From assembly GCA_963831685.1 (NCBI GenBank), contig CAWHRJ010000004.1, positions 448,812-512,811 on the forward strand: DNA of 64,000 nt, given 5' to 3'. The DNA is from an uncultured Pseudomonadota bacterium (GTDB lineage Bacteria > Myxococcota_A > Polyangia > Fen-1088). Positions 48,869 to 58,072 of the stretch are shown here, piece by piece. Below the pieces are notes generated by a model. That model had not been told where the DNA came from, did not search any database, and worked only from the letters and a program-made list of their open reading frames with translations. Position 1 is the first letter of the stretch. Every line of letters begins with the position of its first letter. Made by a program: the position numbers and the translations under genes.

Positions 48869-49489
48869 TCACTCGGGATCGCGGGTCTGCGCGGCCGACC
48901 AGAGCTCTCTGTACTTGGCGCGCACGTAAGGATCCAGGTCGTCGGCCAGGTTCGCGGGGAGGTTGGCTGCCTTGACGAGCTCGAGGACGTCCGCGAGATC
49001 CTTGAGTCGGTGCGGCGCCGTCATCCCGGACGCGAGCTTCAGCTCCACCAGCTTCGGGAGCGACAGAATCCGAAACCGCTCACCCTCGATGGCGGCGCCC
49101 GATGGATCGGGAAACTGGACGGGCTTCGGTCGGCCATCGCCGGGGAACTCACCGGCGATGAGGACATCGATGTCGACGCCGTTCTCGGTGTCGCGAAACC
49201 CCTTGCTGCCCGCGAACTTCTCGACGTAGCCACGCCCGAGGTTGACCGCCTTGAATCTGGCCAGGCCGTCGGCCGTCAGCAACAGATCGACGTCGGAGGT
49301 CGCGCGTTCGTAGCCGTGCGCGCCGAGAGCCAGGGCGCCGACGATGGCGTAGGGGATTTGCGCATCGGCGAGCCGCTTCGCCAGCGCTGTCGCGGCCCGG
49401 TGGACCTTACCGGCCTTCATGAAGAACTGCTCCGCGTTCTCGAGCGCTTGCTCGAAGCGGCGCTCCAGGAGCCGGCTCGCCGTGGACAC
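48869..49489 (-). CDS. Stand-alone pol-beta-fold nucleotidyltransferase-like protein
   Basis: The NTase motifs are IVGALALGAHGYERATSDVDLLL and, later, VDIDVLI. The C-terminus is helical. GTG start, 43 nt downstream of the E2 stop on the same strand. Confidence 0.65.
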   Translation of the reverse strand: MSTASRLLERRFEQALENAEQFFMKAGKVHRAATALAKRLADAQIPYAIVGALALGAHGYERATSDVDLLLTADGLARFKAVNLGRGYVEKFAGSKGFRDTENGVDIDVLIAGEFPGDGRPKPVQFPDPSGAAIEGERFRILSLPKLVELKLASGMTAPHRLKDLADVLELVKAANLPANLADDLDPYVRAKYRELWSAAQTRDPE

Positions 49490-49532
49490 CCGAAAAGGCT
49501 ACCACGGCCAGAAAGGTGTGCGGCGCGCCCGC

Positions 49533-50930
49533 TCAGAACGCCAGCGAGATCGGCTTCTCGAGGATCGCCACGATCGCTTGAAGCAGCCGGGCGCCGAGGG
49601 CGCCGTCGACGACGCGGTGGTCGCAGGAGAGGGTGATCGACATGCGCTGACCGACGACGATCTTGTCGTCCTTGACCACCGGCTCCTTGCGGACGGTGCC
49701 GACGGCCAGGATGGCCCCCTCGGGCGGGTTGATGATCGCCGCGAAGTCGCGGATCCCCATCATGCCCAGGTTGGAGACCGAGAAGGTCGCGCCGGTGTAC
49801 TCCTCGGGGCGCAGCTTGCGCTCGCGCGCCCGCTTGGCCATCTCGCGCGCCTCGGTGGCGATCTGCCCGATGGTCTTCTTGTCGGCGTCGCGGATGACCG
49901 GCGTGATGAGGCCGTCCTCGATGGCGACGGCCATGCCGATGTCGACGCGGGCGTGCTGGGTGATCGCCTCCTCGCCGAACGAGGCGTTCGCCTCCGGGAC
50001 CTTGCGCAGCGCCAGCGCGCAGGCCTTGAGCACCAGGTCGTTGACCGACAGCTTGGAGCCGTGGACCTGCGCCACCTGCTCGCGGAACTCCATCGCGGCG
50101 TCCATCTCGACGTCGGCGGTCAGGTAGAAGTGCGGGACGGTCGTCTTGGCCTCGAGCAGGCGGGCGGCGATCGTTCGCCGCATCATCGACAGCGGCTTGA
50201 CGAGATCGTCGGGGGGCGCGGCGGCGGCCGGGCGGGCCTCGGCGCGGCGCTCGGGGACCAGCTGCGCGGGAAGCGGCGCGGCGGACGACGCGCGCGGCGC
50301 GGTCGCCGTGGCGGGCGCCTCCTCGGCGGCGTGCCAGTCGACCAACGGGGCGGCTTGTCCCCCTCCGTCGGCCAGCGCCTTCACGTCGCGCTCGACGATC
50401 CGGCCCCCGGGGCCGGTCCCTTGCACGGTGCGGAGATCGACGCCGAGATCGGTCGCCAGCCTGCGGGCGAGCGGCGAGGCCAGCACCTTGGTCGCCGGCG
50501 TGCCCGCCGCGACGGCGGGACGGGGCGGGGGCGTCGGACGTGCGACCTGTCCGTTCGCCTTCGGGGCCGGCGCTGGCGCGGCGGCCTTCGGCGCCGGCGC
50601 GGGCGCCGTCGCCGCCACCTTGGCCGGCTCGGGCTTGGCGCCGCCCGAGGCGCGCCCCTTGGCCTCCTCGACCAGCTTGGAGATGTCGTCCCCCGCCTTG
50701 CCGATGATGGCGATCGGAGTCCCGACGGGGACGCTGGCGCCGTCGGCGATGAGGCGCTTGAGCAGCACGCCCTGATCGAACGCCTCGAAGTCCATCACCG
50801 CCTTGTCGGTCTCCACCTCGGCGAGCACCTCCCCCGGCGCCACCGTGTCACCTTCGTTCTTGCGCCACTTCTGCAGCACCCCGATCTTCATCGTGTCGGA
50901 GAGCTGCGGCATGTCGAGGATGGTTGCCAT
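49533..50930 (-). CDS. pdhC: Dihydrolipoamide acyltransferase (E2) of a pyruvate/2-oxoacid dehydrogenase complex
   Basis: It has a lipoyl domain (EVETDKAVMDFEA), an Ala/Pro linker, a subunit-binding domain (ASPLARRLA) and the catalytic DHRVVDGA. Confidence 0.92.
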   Translation of the reverse strand: MATILDMPQLSDTMKIGVLQKWRKNEGDTVAPGEVLAEVETDKAVMDFEAFDQGVLLKRLIADGASVPVGTPIAIIGKAGDDISKLVEEAKGRASGGAKPEPAKVAATAPAPAPKAAAPAPAPKANGQVARPTPPPRPAVAAGTPATKVLASPLARRLATDLGVDLRTVQGTGPGGRIVERDVKALADGGGQAAPLVDWHAAEEAPATATAPRASSAAPLPAQLVPERRAEARPAAAAPPDDLVKPLSMMRRTIAARLLEAKTTVPHFYLTADVEMDAAMEFREQVAQVHGSKLSVNDLVLKACALALRKVPEANASFGEEAITQHARVDIGMAVAIEDGLITPVIRDADKKTIGQIATEAREMAKRARERKLRPEEYTGATFSVSNLGMMGIRDFAAIINPPEGAILAVGTVRKEPVVKDDKIVVGQRMSITLSCDHRVVDGALGARLLQAIVAILEKPISLAF

Positions 50931-50969
50931 TGCGGGTCGCGTTCCTTCGGGGGCGGCGGGTGAGGGTGA

Positions 50970-51950
50970 CTACTCGAGGTAGAGCAGCTTCTTGGCGGCC
51001 GCGACGGCGCGGGGCACGTCGGGGATGCACTGCTGCTCGAGGTGGTGGTTATACGGCATCGGCATGTCGGCGCCAGTGAGGCGCTCGACCGGCGCGTCGA
51101 GATCGTCGAAGCAGCGGCGGCCCATGCGGTAGGCGATCTCCGCCCCCACACCGTTGAACGGCCATCCTTCTTCGATGATGAGGCAGCGGCCGGTCTTCTT
51201 GACCGATTCGACCAGCAGCTCCTCGTCGAGCGGTCGGATGGTCCGCGGGTCGACGACCTCGGCCTCGATGCCTTCGGCGCCGAGCGCGTCGGCGGTCGCC
51301 AGCGCGATCTTCACCATCTTCGACCAGCCGATGATCGTGAGGTCCTTGCCGGGGCGCTTCACCTCGGCGACGCCGAGCGGGATGGTGTACTCGCCGTCGG
51401 GGATCTCCCCCTGATCGGCGTAGAGCACCTCGCCCTCGATGAAGATGATCGGGTTGTCGTCGCGGATGGCGCTCTTGAGGAGGCCCTTGGCATCCTTCGG
51501 ATTCGCCGGCATGACGACCTTGAGCCCCGGGATGTGGGCCCAGAGCGCCTCGGTCGACTGGCTGTGCTGCGCGGCCAGCATGTGCGCCGAGCCGCCCGGA
51601 CCGCGGAACACGACCGGTAGCGTGAACTGCCCGCCCGACATCTGGCGGATCTTGGCGGCGTTGTTGATCAGCTGATCGGCTGCGACGAAGGAAAAGTTCC
51701 AGGTCATGAGCTCGATGATCGGCCGCAGCCCGACCATCGCGGCGCCGATACCGACGCCGACGAAGCCGCCCTCGGCGATCGGCGTGTCGATGACCCGCCT
51801 CTCCCCGAACTTCTTGAGCAGACCCTTGGAGACCTTGTAAGCGCCGTCGTAGTGGCCGACCTCTTCCCCCATGAGGAAGATACGATCGTCCTTCTCCATC
51901 TCCTCGGCCATGGCCTCATTGAGGGCCTCGCGAAAAGCAACCGTCCGCAT
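50970..51950 (-). CDS. pdhB: 2-oxoacid dehydrogenase E1 beta subunit
   Basis: The translation is REALNEAMAEEMEKDDRIFLMGEEVG...VIDTPIAEGGFVG..., an intact 326 aa. Confidence 0.93.
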   Translation of the reverse strand: MRTVAFREALNEAMAEEMEKDDRIFLMGEEVGHYDGAYKVSKGLLKKFGERRVIDTPIAEGGFVGVGIGAAMVGLRPIIELMTWNFSFVAADQLINNAAKIRQMSGGQFTLPVVFRGPGGSAHMLAAQHSQSTEALWAHIPGLKVVMPANPKDAKGLLKSAIRDDNPIIFIEGEVLYADQGEIPDGEYTIPLGVAEVKRPGKDLTIIGWSKMVKIALATADALGAEGIEAEVVDPRTIRPLDEELLVESVKKTGRCLIIEEGWPFNGVGAEIAYRMGRRCFDDLDAPVERLTGADMPMPYNHHLEQQCIPDVPRAVAAAKKLLYLE

Positions 51951-51986
51951 AGTCTCTCCGCTTGTCCTTTCCGTTACTCTTGTTCG

Positions 51987-53002
51987 TTATTCTTTGTAAG
52001 TGAACTCGGCCAGCTTCTCGTAGGCGAGCTCGGGGCTCTCGTCGGCGAACTTCACCGCCTCCTCGATCTCGGCCGCCACCTTCTCCTCGATGGCGACGAT
52101 CTCCTTCTCGTCGATCTTCGCGCGCGTCAGGAGCTCACGGCCGTAGGAGACCGGATCGCGCTTCTTCCACTCCTCGACCTCCTCCTTGGTCCGGTAGAGG
52201 CCGGCGTCGGACATCGAGTGGCCGCGAAAACGATAGGTGCGGATCTCGATCAGGGTCGGCAGCGACTCGTTGCGGGCGCGGCGCACCGCCTCGGCCACGC
52301 GATCGCGTACGCGGACCACGTCCTCGCCGTCGAAGCGATCGCGCGCGATGCCGTAGGCCAGCGCCTTCTGCGAGACGTCCGCCACCGACAGCGACCGGTA
52401 GAGCGGCGTCCCCATCGAGTAGAGGTTGTTCTCGCAGATGAAGACGACCGGCAGCCGCCAGAGCGCCGCCAGCGCGACCCCCTCGTGGAAGGCGCCCTGG
52501 GGAACCGACCCGTCGCCGAAGAAGCACATCGTGACCCTGCCCGTCGCCGCTGGTACTTCGACGCGAAGGCGGTGCCGGCCGCCAGCGGGATGTGCCCGCC
52601 GACGATGCCGTAGCCGCCGAGGAAGTTCTTGCTCGGCGTCGAACAGGTGCATCGAGCCGCCGAGACCCTTCGAGGCGCCCGTCGCCTTGCCGTAGAGCTC
52701 GGCGATGATCGACTTGCGCGGTCATCCCCTTGGCGTAGGCGTGGGCGTGCTCGCGATAGGTGGCGATCACGTAGTCCTCCGGCTTGAGCGCCGCGAGGGC
52801 GCCGACCGCCACCGCCTCCTGGCCAATATACAAGATGTAGGAACCCGCCGAACTTGCGCAGCGCGTAGGCCTTCGCCAGCGCCTCCTCCATGCGCCGGAT
52901 GGCCAGCATCTGGTGGTAGTAGTGGGCCAGTTGGCCCTTGTCGGGCGTGCTGGTGCTTTCGCGAGGCGCTTCGGCCTCGCGCTCGGTGGCGCTCATCTCC
53001 AA
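51987..53002 (-). pseudogene. pdhA: 2-oxoacid dehydrogenase E1 alpha subunit, frame broken several times (about 52540-52850)
   Basis: Segments are spread over three minus frames (track ORFs 52250.., 52135.., 51987..): [93 protein letters not shown], and [17 protein letters not shown]...[14 protein letters not shown]...[10 protein letters not shown]. Confidence 0.88.
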
Positions 53003-53226
53003 AAGTTCTCCTCGCTGGCGTGGGGCGGCACGGAAATGACTACGGGAACCGCGAAGATATACCAGGAGCGGCGCGCCCCGGGAAGATTTCGCGCACGCCG
53101 CGTTTAGCCGAATTCGAAGTCGTGTTGGTCAACATCAGGGCGCGCCCGCGGACGGCCCTCGGGGAGCCCGCGTCAGATTTGTTTCGCTCAACCTGGAGCT
53201 GGTTCTGCCGATAGCTCCGGTACGAA

Positions 53227-54439
53227 ATGGGCTCGCTTAGTGCATCCGGGGCAGAGGCAAAACAGGGACCCGAACCCGAGGCGGCGGGACGCGGTCTCGT
53301 CCTTCTGGTGGACGACGAACAGTCGATCGCGCGCGCCTACGCGCGCACGCTGGGCGCCGCCGGCTTCGCGGTCGAAGTCGCCTTCGACGGCAAGGAGGCG
53401 GCTGCGGCGGCGCGCGATCGCAGCTTCGACGTCATCGTCAGCGACATCGCGATGCCCGAGATGAACGGGCTCGAGCTCCTGCGCGCGGTGCGCGAGCACG
53501 ATCTCGACGTGCCGTTCGTCCTCATGACCGGCGGGCCGGCGATCGACAGCGCCGTCCGCGCCGTCGAGTACGGCGCCCTGCGCTACCTCATCAAGCCGGT
53601 CTCGGCGGCGGAGCTGGAGGAGGTGGTGGCGCGCGCGGTGCGGCTGCACCAGATGGCGCGCATCAAGCGCGAGGCGCTGGAGATGTTCCGGATGGACGGC
53701 AAGCACCTCGGCGACCGCGCCGGTCTCGAGGCGCGCTTCGCGTCGGCGCTCAGCTCGCTCTGGATCGCCTACCAGCCGATCGTCTCGTGGTCGAAGCGGT
53801 CGACGTTCGCCCACGAGGCGCTCGTGCGCAACGAGGAGCCGACCCTGCGCTCGCCTCCGGATCTGTTCGAGGCCGCCGAGCGCCTCGGGCGCCTGCGAGG
53901 AGCTCGGGCGCATCATCCGCGACCGCGTGGCCCAGACGCTGGACGCCCATCCCGTCGACGGCCTGCTGTTCGTCAACGTGCACGCGATGGAGCTGGCCGA
54001 CGATCGGCTCGTCTCCTCCGACGCGCCCCTGTCGCGCCACGCCGGACGCGTGGTCCTCGAGGTGACGGAGCGGGCGCCCCTCGAAAAGATCCGCGACGCC
54101 ACCAGCCGCGTCGCGCAGCTGCGCGCGCTCGGCTACCGCATCGCCGTCGACGATCTGGGCGCCGGCTACGCGGGGCTGACCAGCTTCGCGCACCTCGAGC
54201 CCGACGTGGTCAAGGTCGACATGTCGCTGATCCGCGGCATCGACAGCTCGCCGATGAAGCAGAAGCTGCTCGGCTCGATCGTCGGCCTCTGCCACGATCT
54301 CGGAATCGAGATCATCGCCGAGGGGATCGAGACGGCCGCCGAGCGCGACACGCTGGTCCGCCTCGGCGGCGATCTCTGCCAGGGCTACCTCTTCGCGCGT
54401 CCCGAGAAGCCCTGGGCCTCGATCAACTTCGACAAGTAG
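53227..54439 (+). pseudogene. Response-regulator receiver + EAL (c-di-GMP phosphodiesterase) protein, one frame break near 53897
   Basis: The REC domain reads LVLLVDDE...DVIVSDIAMPEMNG...KP. The EAL domain starts ...YQPIV...HEALVR. It continues in ORF 53927..54439 with VLEVTE...IAVDDLGAGYAGL...VKVDMSLIRGI...IAEGIET...GGDLCQGYLFARP. Confidence 0.85.
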
Positions 54440-54473
54440 GCCGCCACGCCGCTCGCACGGCGCGGGAGGGCGT

Positions 54474-54494
54474 GGGAACCCTTTGACGGTTCCC
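54474..54494 (+). promoter_or_regulatory. Palindrome GGGAACCCT-TTG-ACGGTTCCC (one mismatch), 13 nt upstream of the queD GTG
   Basis: Read directly from the sequence. It is related to the elements at 5035-5057 and 61034-61054. Confidence 0.45.
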
Positions 54495-54507
54495 ATATAC
54501 TGATGTC

Positions 54508-54870
54508 GTGCAAGTCGAGCTGACCAAGGAGTACCGCTTCGAGGCGGCGCATCACCTGCCACGCGTCCCGCAGGAGCACAAGTGCGCGCGCGTCCACGGC
54601 CACAGCTACAAGGTCGAGCTCGCCGTGGCGGGCGCGGTGAACCCGGAGACAGGGTGGCTCATCGACTTCGGCGTCATCGACGACGCCTGGGCCGTATTGT
54701 TCGAGCGCTTCGATCACCACAACCTGAACGACGTTCCGGGGCTCGAGAACTCGACCTGCGAGAACATCGCCATCTATGTCTGGCGCGAGCTGGCGCCGCG
54801 CATCGAGGAGCTCTCGGCGGTCACGGTCTGGGAGACCTACGACAGCAAGTGCACCTACCGGGGCGGCTGA
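54508..54870 (+). CDS. queD: 6-carboxy-5,6,7,8-tetrahydropterin synthase QueD
   Basis: It has FEAAHHLP...C...HGHSY (Zn/His motif) and is 120 aa, with ...DHHNLND. Confidence 0.9.
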   Translation: MQVELTKEYRFEAAHHLPRVPQEHKCARVHGHSYKVELAVAGAVNPETGWLIDFGVIDDAWAVLFERFDHHNLNDVPGLENSTCENIAIYVWRELAPRIEELSAVTVWETYDSKCTYRGG

Positions 54871-54901
54871 CGCCAGTGAGCGCCGTGTGCAGGATGTGCA
54901 A

Positions 54902-55759
54902 ATGACGGGGGGCGTGGCGCGGTTCCTGACGCTGAACCTCTGGGGCGAGAACGGCCCCTGGGAGGCGCGCATGGCCCTCTTGCAGGCGCGGCTCGACACG
55001 ATCGCGCCTGACGTGATGGGCCTGCAGGAGGTGCGCGAGGTTCCGGGGCGGGTGCCGAACCAGGCGGAGGTGCTGGCCGGGCCGCGCGGCTGGCACCACG
55101 TCTTCGCGCCGACCACCACTTTCAACGGAGGCCGCGAGGGGCTGGCGATCGTCTCGCGCTTCCCGATCGGCGCGCAGGACTTCAGCCCGCTGCCGCACAG
55201 CACGGAGGCGGAGGGGCGGGGGATCCTGTCGGCGCGGCTCGACGGCGAGGCGGGCGGCCTCTGGGTCCACTCGACGCACCTCTCCTACCGCGAGCACGAG
55301 GGGCTCTTGCGCGAGGCGCAGGTGCAGTTCGTCGACGAGCTCCTCGCCGCGCACGACAACGGCAGCCCCCGGATCGTGATGGGCGACTTCAACACGGTCC
55401 CGGAGAGCGACGAGCTGCGCTTCCTCACCGGGCAGCACACGCTGGGCGGACGGCGCGTCGCGTACCAGGATGCCTGGACGGCCGTAAACCAGGATCGCCC
55501 CGGACACACCTGGGTGCGCGCCAACGACTACACGGAGCGGATGCACTGGCTGCGGCGGGACCGTCGGCTCGACTACATCTTCGTGACGCCGGTGCGGCGC
55601 GACCGGCGGGCGACGGTCCGCGCGTCGGCGGTGGTGCTCGATCTGCCCGAGACGGGACCCGACGGGGAGCGGATCTTCGCCTCCGATCACTTCGGCGTCA
55701 TCGCGGACGTGCAGATCCTGCCCCCGGCACCCCCGGTACCCCCGGTAGAGAAAGGTTAG
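54902..55759 (+). CDS. Endonuclease/exonuclease/phosphatase (EEP) family protein
   Basis: The internal ATG at 54902 of track ORF 54776... The translation is FLTLNLWG...DVMGLQEV...GDFN...SDHFGV, the typical EEP motif order. Confidence 0.85.
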   Translation: MTGGVARFLTLNLWGENGPWEARMALLQARLDTIAPDVMGLQEVREVPGRVPNQAEVLAGPRGWHHVFAPTTTFNGGREGLAIVSRFPIGAQDFSPLPHSTEAEGRGILSARLDGEAGGLWVHSTHLSYREHEGLLREAQVQFVDELLAAHDNGSPRIVMGDFNTVPESDELRFLTGQHTLGGRRVAYQDAWTAVNQDRPGHTWVRANDYTERMHWLRRDRRLDYIFVTPVRRDRRATVRASAVVLDLPETGPDGERIFASDHFGVIADVQILPPAPPVPPVEKG

Positions 55760-55764
55760 CGGCG

Positions 55765-56673
55765 ATGTTCCGGCTGGCGCATGTGACCGATCCCCACTTC
55801 CGCGGACCGCGCGGCTTCCCGGGCGTCCGCCCGGGCGAGCTCTTCGGCAAGCGGGCCGTCGGCTATCTGAACCTGACCGTGAACCGCGTCCGCAAGCACA
55901 AGATGGATCTGCTGGAGGACATGCGCGTCGACGTCCGCGCCCAGGCGCCCGATCACCTGGCGATGACCGGCGATCTCTCGAACATCGCGCTCACCTCCGA
56001 GTGGCGCTCGGCGCTGGCCTGGCTGGACATGTCGGGCGTCGCCCCCGACGCCATCTCGGTCATCCCCGGGAACCACGACGCTTACGTCCCCCAGGTGCTG
56101 GCCACGCGCGAATTCGAGCGCCTGTTCGCGCCGTACCAGACGAGCGATCTCGATCGCGACGGGGAGGCAGCCTACTACCCGTTCGTGCAGATCCGCGAGC
56201 CGCTGGCGCTGGTCGGCGTCTCCAGCGCCGTCCCCACCGGCGATCTCGGTGCCTGGGGGCGCATCGGCGAGGCGCAGCTCGCGCGCCTGGAGGCGATTCT
56301 GACGGCGCCCGAGCTGCGCGGCCTCACCCGCGTCGTCCTCGTCCACCATCCGCCGGTCGTCCACAAGGGCGGCGAGCACCGCAACCTGCGCGATCGCGAC
56401 GCCTTCGCCGCCGTGCTGGCGCTCGCGGGCGCCGACCTGGTCCTGCACGGCCACGACCACGAGGACCAGCGCGCCGAGCTGTCCGGGCCGGGCGGCGCCA
56501 AGATCCCGATCGTCGGCGCCGGCTCGGCCTCGTACGCCGGCGGCCCCGAGCGTCGGGCGCGCTACAGCATCTACGAGTTCGGCGACGATCGTTCGATCAC
56601 CTGGACCAGCCGCGTGCACGACGAGGCGACCAGCTTCTTCCGCGAGATGCGCCGGGAAGCCCTGACGCCGTAA
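55765..56673 (+). CDS. Metallophosphoesterase
   Basis: It has HVTDPHF, MTGDLS, GNHD and VLVHHPP...HGHDH motifs in an intact 302-aa frame. Confidence 0.85.
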   Translation: MFRLAHVTDPHFRGPRGFPGVRPGELFGKRAVGYLNLTVNRVRKHKMDLLEDMRVDVRAQAPDHLAMTGDLSNIALTSEWRSALAWLDMSGVAPDAISVIPGNHDAYVPQVLATREFERLFAPYQTSDLDRDGEAAYYPFVQIREPLALVGVSSAVPTGDLGAWGRIGEAQLARLEAILTAPELRGLTRVVLVHHPPVVHKGGEHRNLRDRDAFAAVLALAGADLVLHGHDHEDQRAELSGPGGAKIPIVGAGSASYAGGPERRARYSIYEFGDDRSITWTSRVHDEATSFFREMRREALTP

Positions 56674-56688
56674 GGCCCTTTCGCCGCG

Positions 56689-57201
56689 CTATTCGACCGC
56701 TCGCCCCCGGAAGCGCCGCATGCCCGGGGGACCCAAGGTCGCGTGCGCCGGGATGGTCGGCGTGGCGCGGACGGGCGGCGGCTCGTTCAACTTGGGCTTG
56801 TCGGGCAGCGGCGGTTCGTCGCGCACGCGGGCGACCGCGGGGCCGATGCGCCGGGCGACCAGGTTGGCGGCCATGCGCAACGCCGGCATGTTGACCGGAC
56901 CGGCGACGACGATGCAGAGCAGCCCGCCCGCGAGCGACTTGAGATACACGCGGTGCTCGCCGTAGCGGACCACCGCCATCTCCAGCTCGTCGCCGGAGGC
57001 GGCGAAGGTCTCGCCCACCCGCACGAGGCGGCTGCCGGCTTCGGCGAGCACGGCGTCCTCGAACAGCGCCGGGATCTCGCGGGCCACCAGACGCCCGCTC
57101 TCGGCGCAGACGAAGCTACCGGTGATGCCGGAGACGTCCTTGAGCGTGGCGAGGCTGATGCGGACGTTCTCGCCTACCTCGTGCACCTCGGCGCCGGTCA
57201 T
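56689..57201 (-). CDS. Roadblock/LC7 (MglB-like) domain protein with Pro-rich tail
   Basis: The ATG at 57201 overlaps the upstream stop (ATGA). The translation is LATLKDVSGITGSFVCAESGRLVAREIP...AVVRYGEHRVYLKSLAGGLLCIVV, a Robl fold pattern. Confidence 0.8.
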   Translation of the reverse strand: MTGAEVHEVGENVRISLATLKDVSGITGSFVCAESGRLVAREIPALFEDAVLAEAGSRLVRVGETFAASGDELEMAVVRYGEHRVYLKSLAGGLLCIVVAGPVNMPALRMAANLVARRIGPAVARVRDEPPLPDKPKLNEPPPVRATPTIPAHATLGPPGMRRFRGRAVE

Positions 57202-58058
57202 AGCCCCAGCTTCTCCCGCAGCGCCGCCAGGTTGGCGTCCGTGCGCGGCCGCAGCGCCACGGTCTCTCCGGCGGCATCGGCAAAGACGATGCAGCGTCCC
57301 TCCACGAACCCGCACTCGACGGCGGAGAATTCGCCCAACCCCAAGAGCTCGCCCGTCAGCTGCAACAGGCGCTGGACGTAGGCGACGGTCTCGGCCAGAT
57401 CTTCACTCCCCCCGCGGTTGCTGATCACCGCACCGGTGGGACCGAGCCGCATCATCGCTGCGAAGTCCCCCCCGAGCTCGGTCCGCCCGCTCTGAGGTCC
57501 ACCCTTGGGCGTCGGAGCCGCCTCTTCCAAATCCGACCCGCGCATGGTTCGTTCTCCTTCCTCATCGATCTCGGAAAACTCGATCTCCTCGAACGTCTCC
57601 GTCTCCGTCTCCCCTTGGTTCGCGGGCGCGGCTCGCCCCGGAAACGCGACCAGGTTCGAAGCTCCCTCGTCGCGGAGCTGAGCCGCCTGCAGCAGGAGGC
57701 CCTCGTGCGACGTGATGATCGAACGCTGTTCGGGCCAGGGGCGATCGCAGGTCTGGAAGGATCCGTTGGTCCATCCCAGGATCTCCAGCGCCGCCGCCTC
57801 GCCGATCCGCAGGGCCGTCGAGGCGTGAATGATGTCCCCGCGATCGAAGTAGAGGTACCCGACGCCCCCTTCGCCCACCACCTGAACCGTGCGGTGCACG
57901 CGGGCGAGACACTCCATCTGCACGAGATCCCACAGCCCCGCGCCCCTGAGGCGGGCCGAGAATCCCCTCGTCACGGGCGCCGCGCCCCCCGGCGACGTCA
58001 GCTCCTCGTCGCCGCTGCCCGACTGATCCTCGTTTTGTCCGCGACTCTGCACGATCAC
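57198..58058 (-). CDS. DUF4388 (PatA-N-like) domain protein with acidic linker and C-terminal Roadblock-like domain
   Basis: GTG at 58058 follows AGGAGGGAG (58070-58062). DUF4388 pattern: LWDLVQMECLARVHRTVQV...GYLYFDRGDIIHA...GEAAALEILGWTNGSF. The C-terminus reads GAVISNRGGSEDLAETVAYVQRLLQLTGEL...CIVFADAAG. The track ORF starts at TTG 58076. Confidence 0.75.
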   Translation of the reverse strand: MIVQSRGQNEDQSGSGDEELTSPGGAAPVTRGFSARLRGAGLWDLVQMECLARVHRTVQVVGEGGVGYLYFDRGDIIHASTALRIGEAAALEILGWTNGSFQTCDRPWPEQRSIITSHEGLLLQAAQLRDEGASNLVAFPGRAAPANQGETETETFEEIEFSEIDEEGERTMRGSDLEEAAPTPKGGPQSGRTELGGDFAAMMRLGPTGAVISNRGGSEDLAETVAYVQRLLQLTGELLGLGEFSAVECGFVEGRCIVFADAAGETVALRPRTDANLAALREKLGL

Positions 58059-58072
58059 TGACTCCCTCCTCG

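Noticed and set aside
53193-53220. A hairpin CTGGAGCT...AGCTCCGG before the RR-EAL gene that shares a GGAGCT/AGCTCC core with the 34914-34940 hairpin. This raised the possibility of a second element family.
   Set aside because: The shared core is just the short self-complementary GAGCTC-type sequence. The loops (12 versus 7 nt) and flanks differ, and the stem needs a G-U pair. This is insufficient evidence for a family.
54440-54507. A possible preQ1 riboswitch in the queD leader: a small hairpin just before the start codon of a queuosine gene.
   Set aside because: The hairpin has a 3-nt loop and lacks the A-rich tail and conserved loop nucleotides I remember for preQ1-I aptamers. It also belongs to a palindrome family found upstream of unrelated genes.
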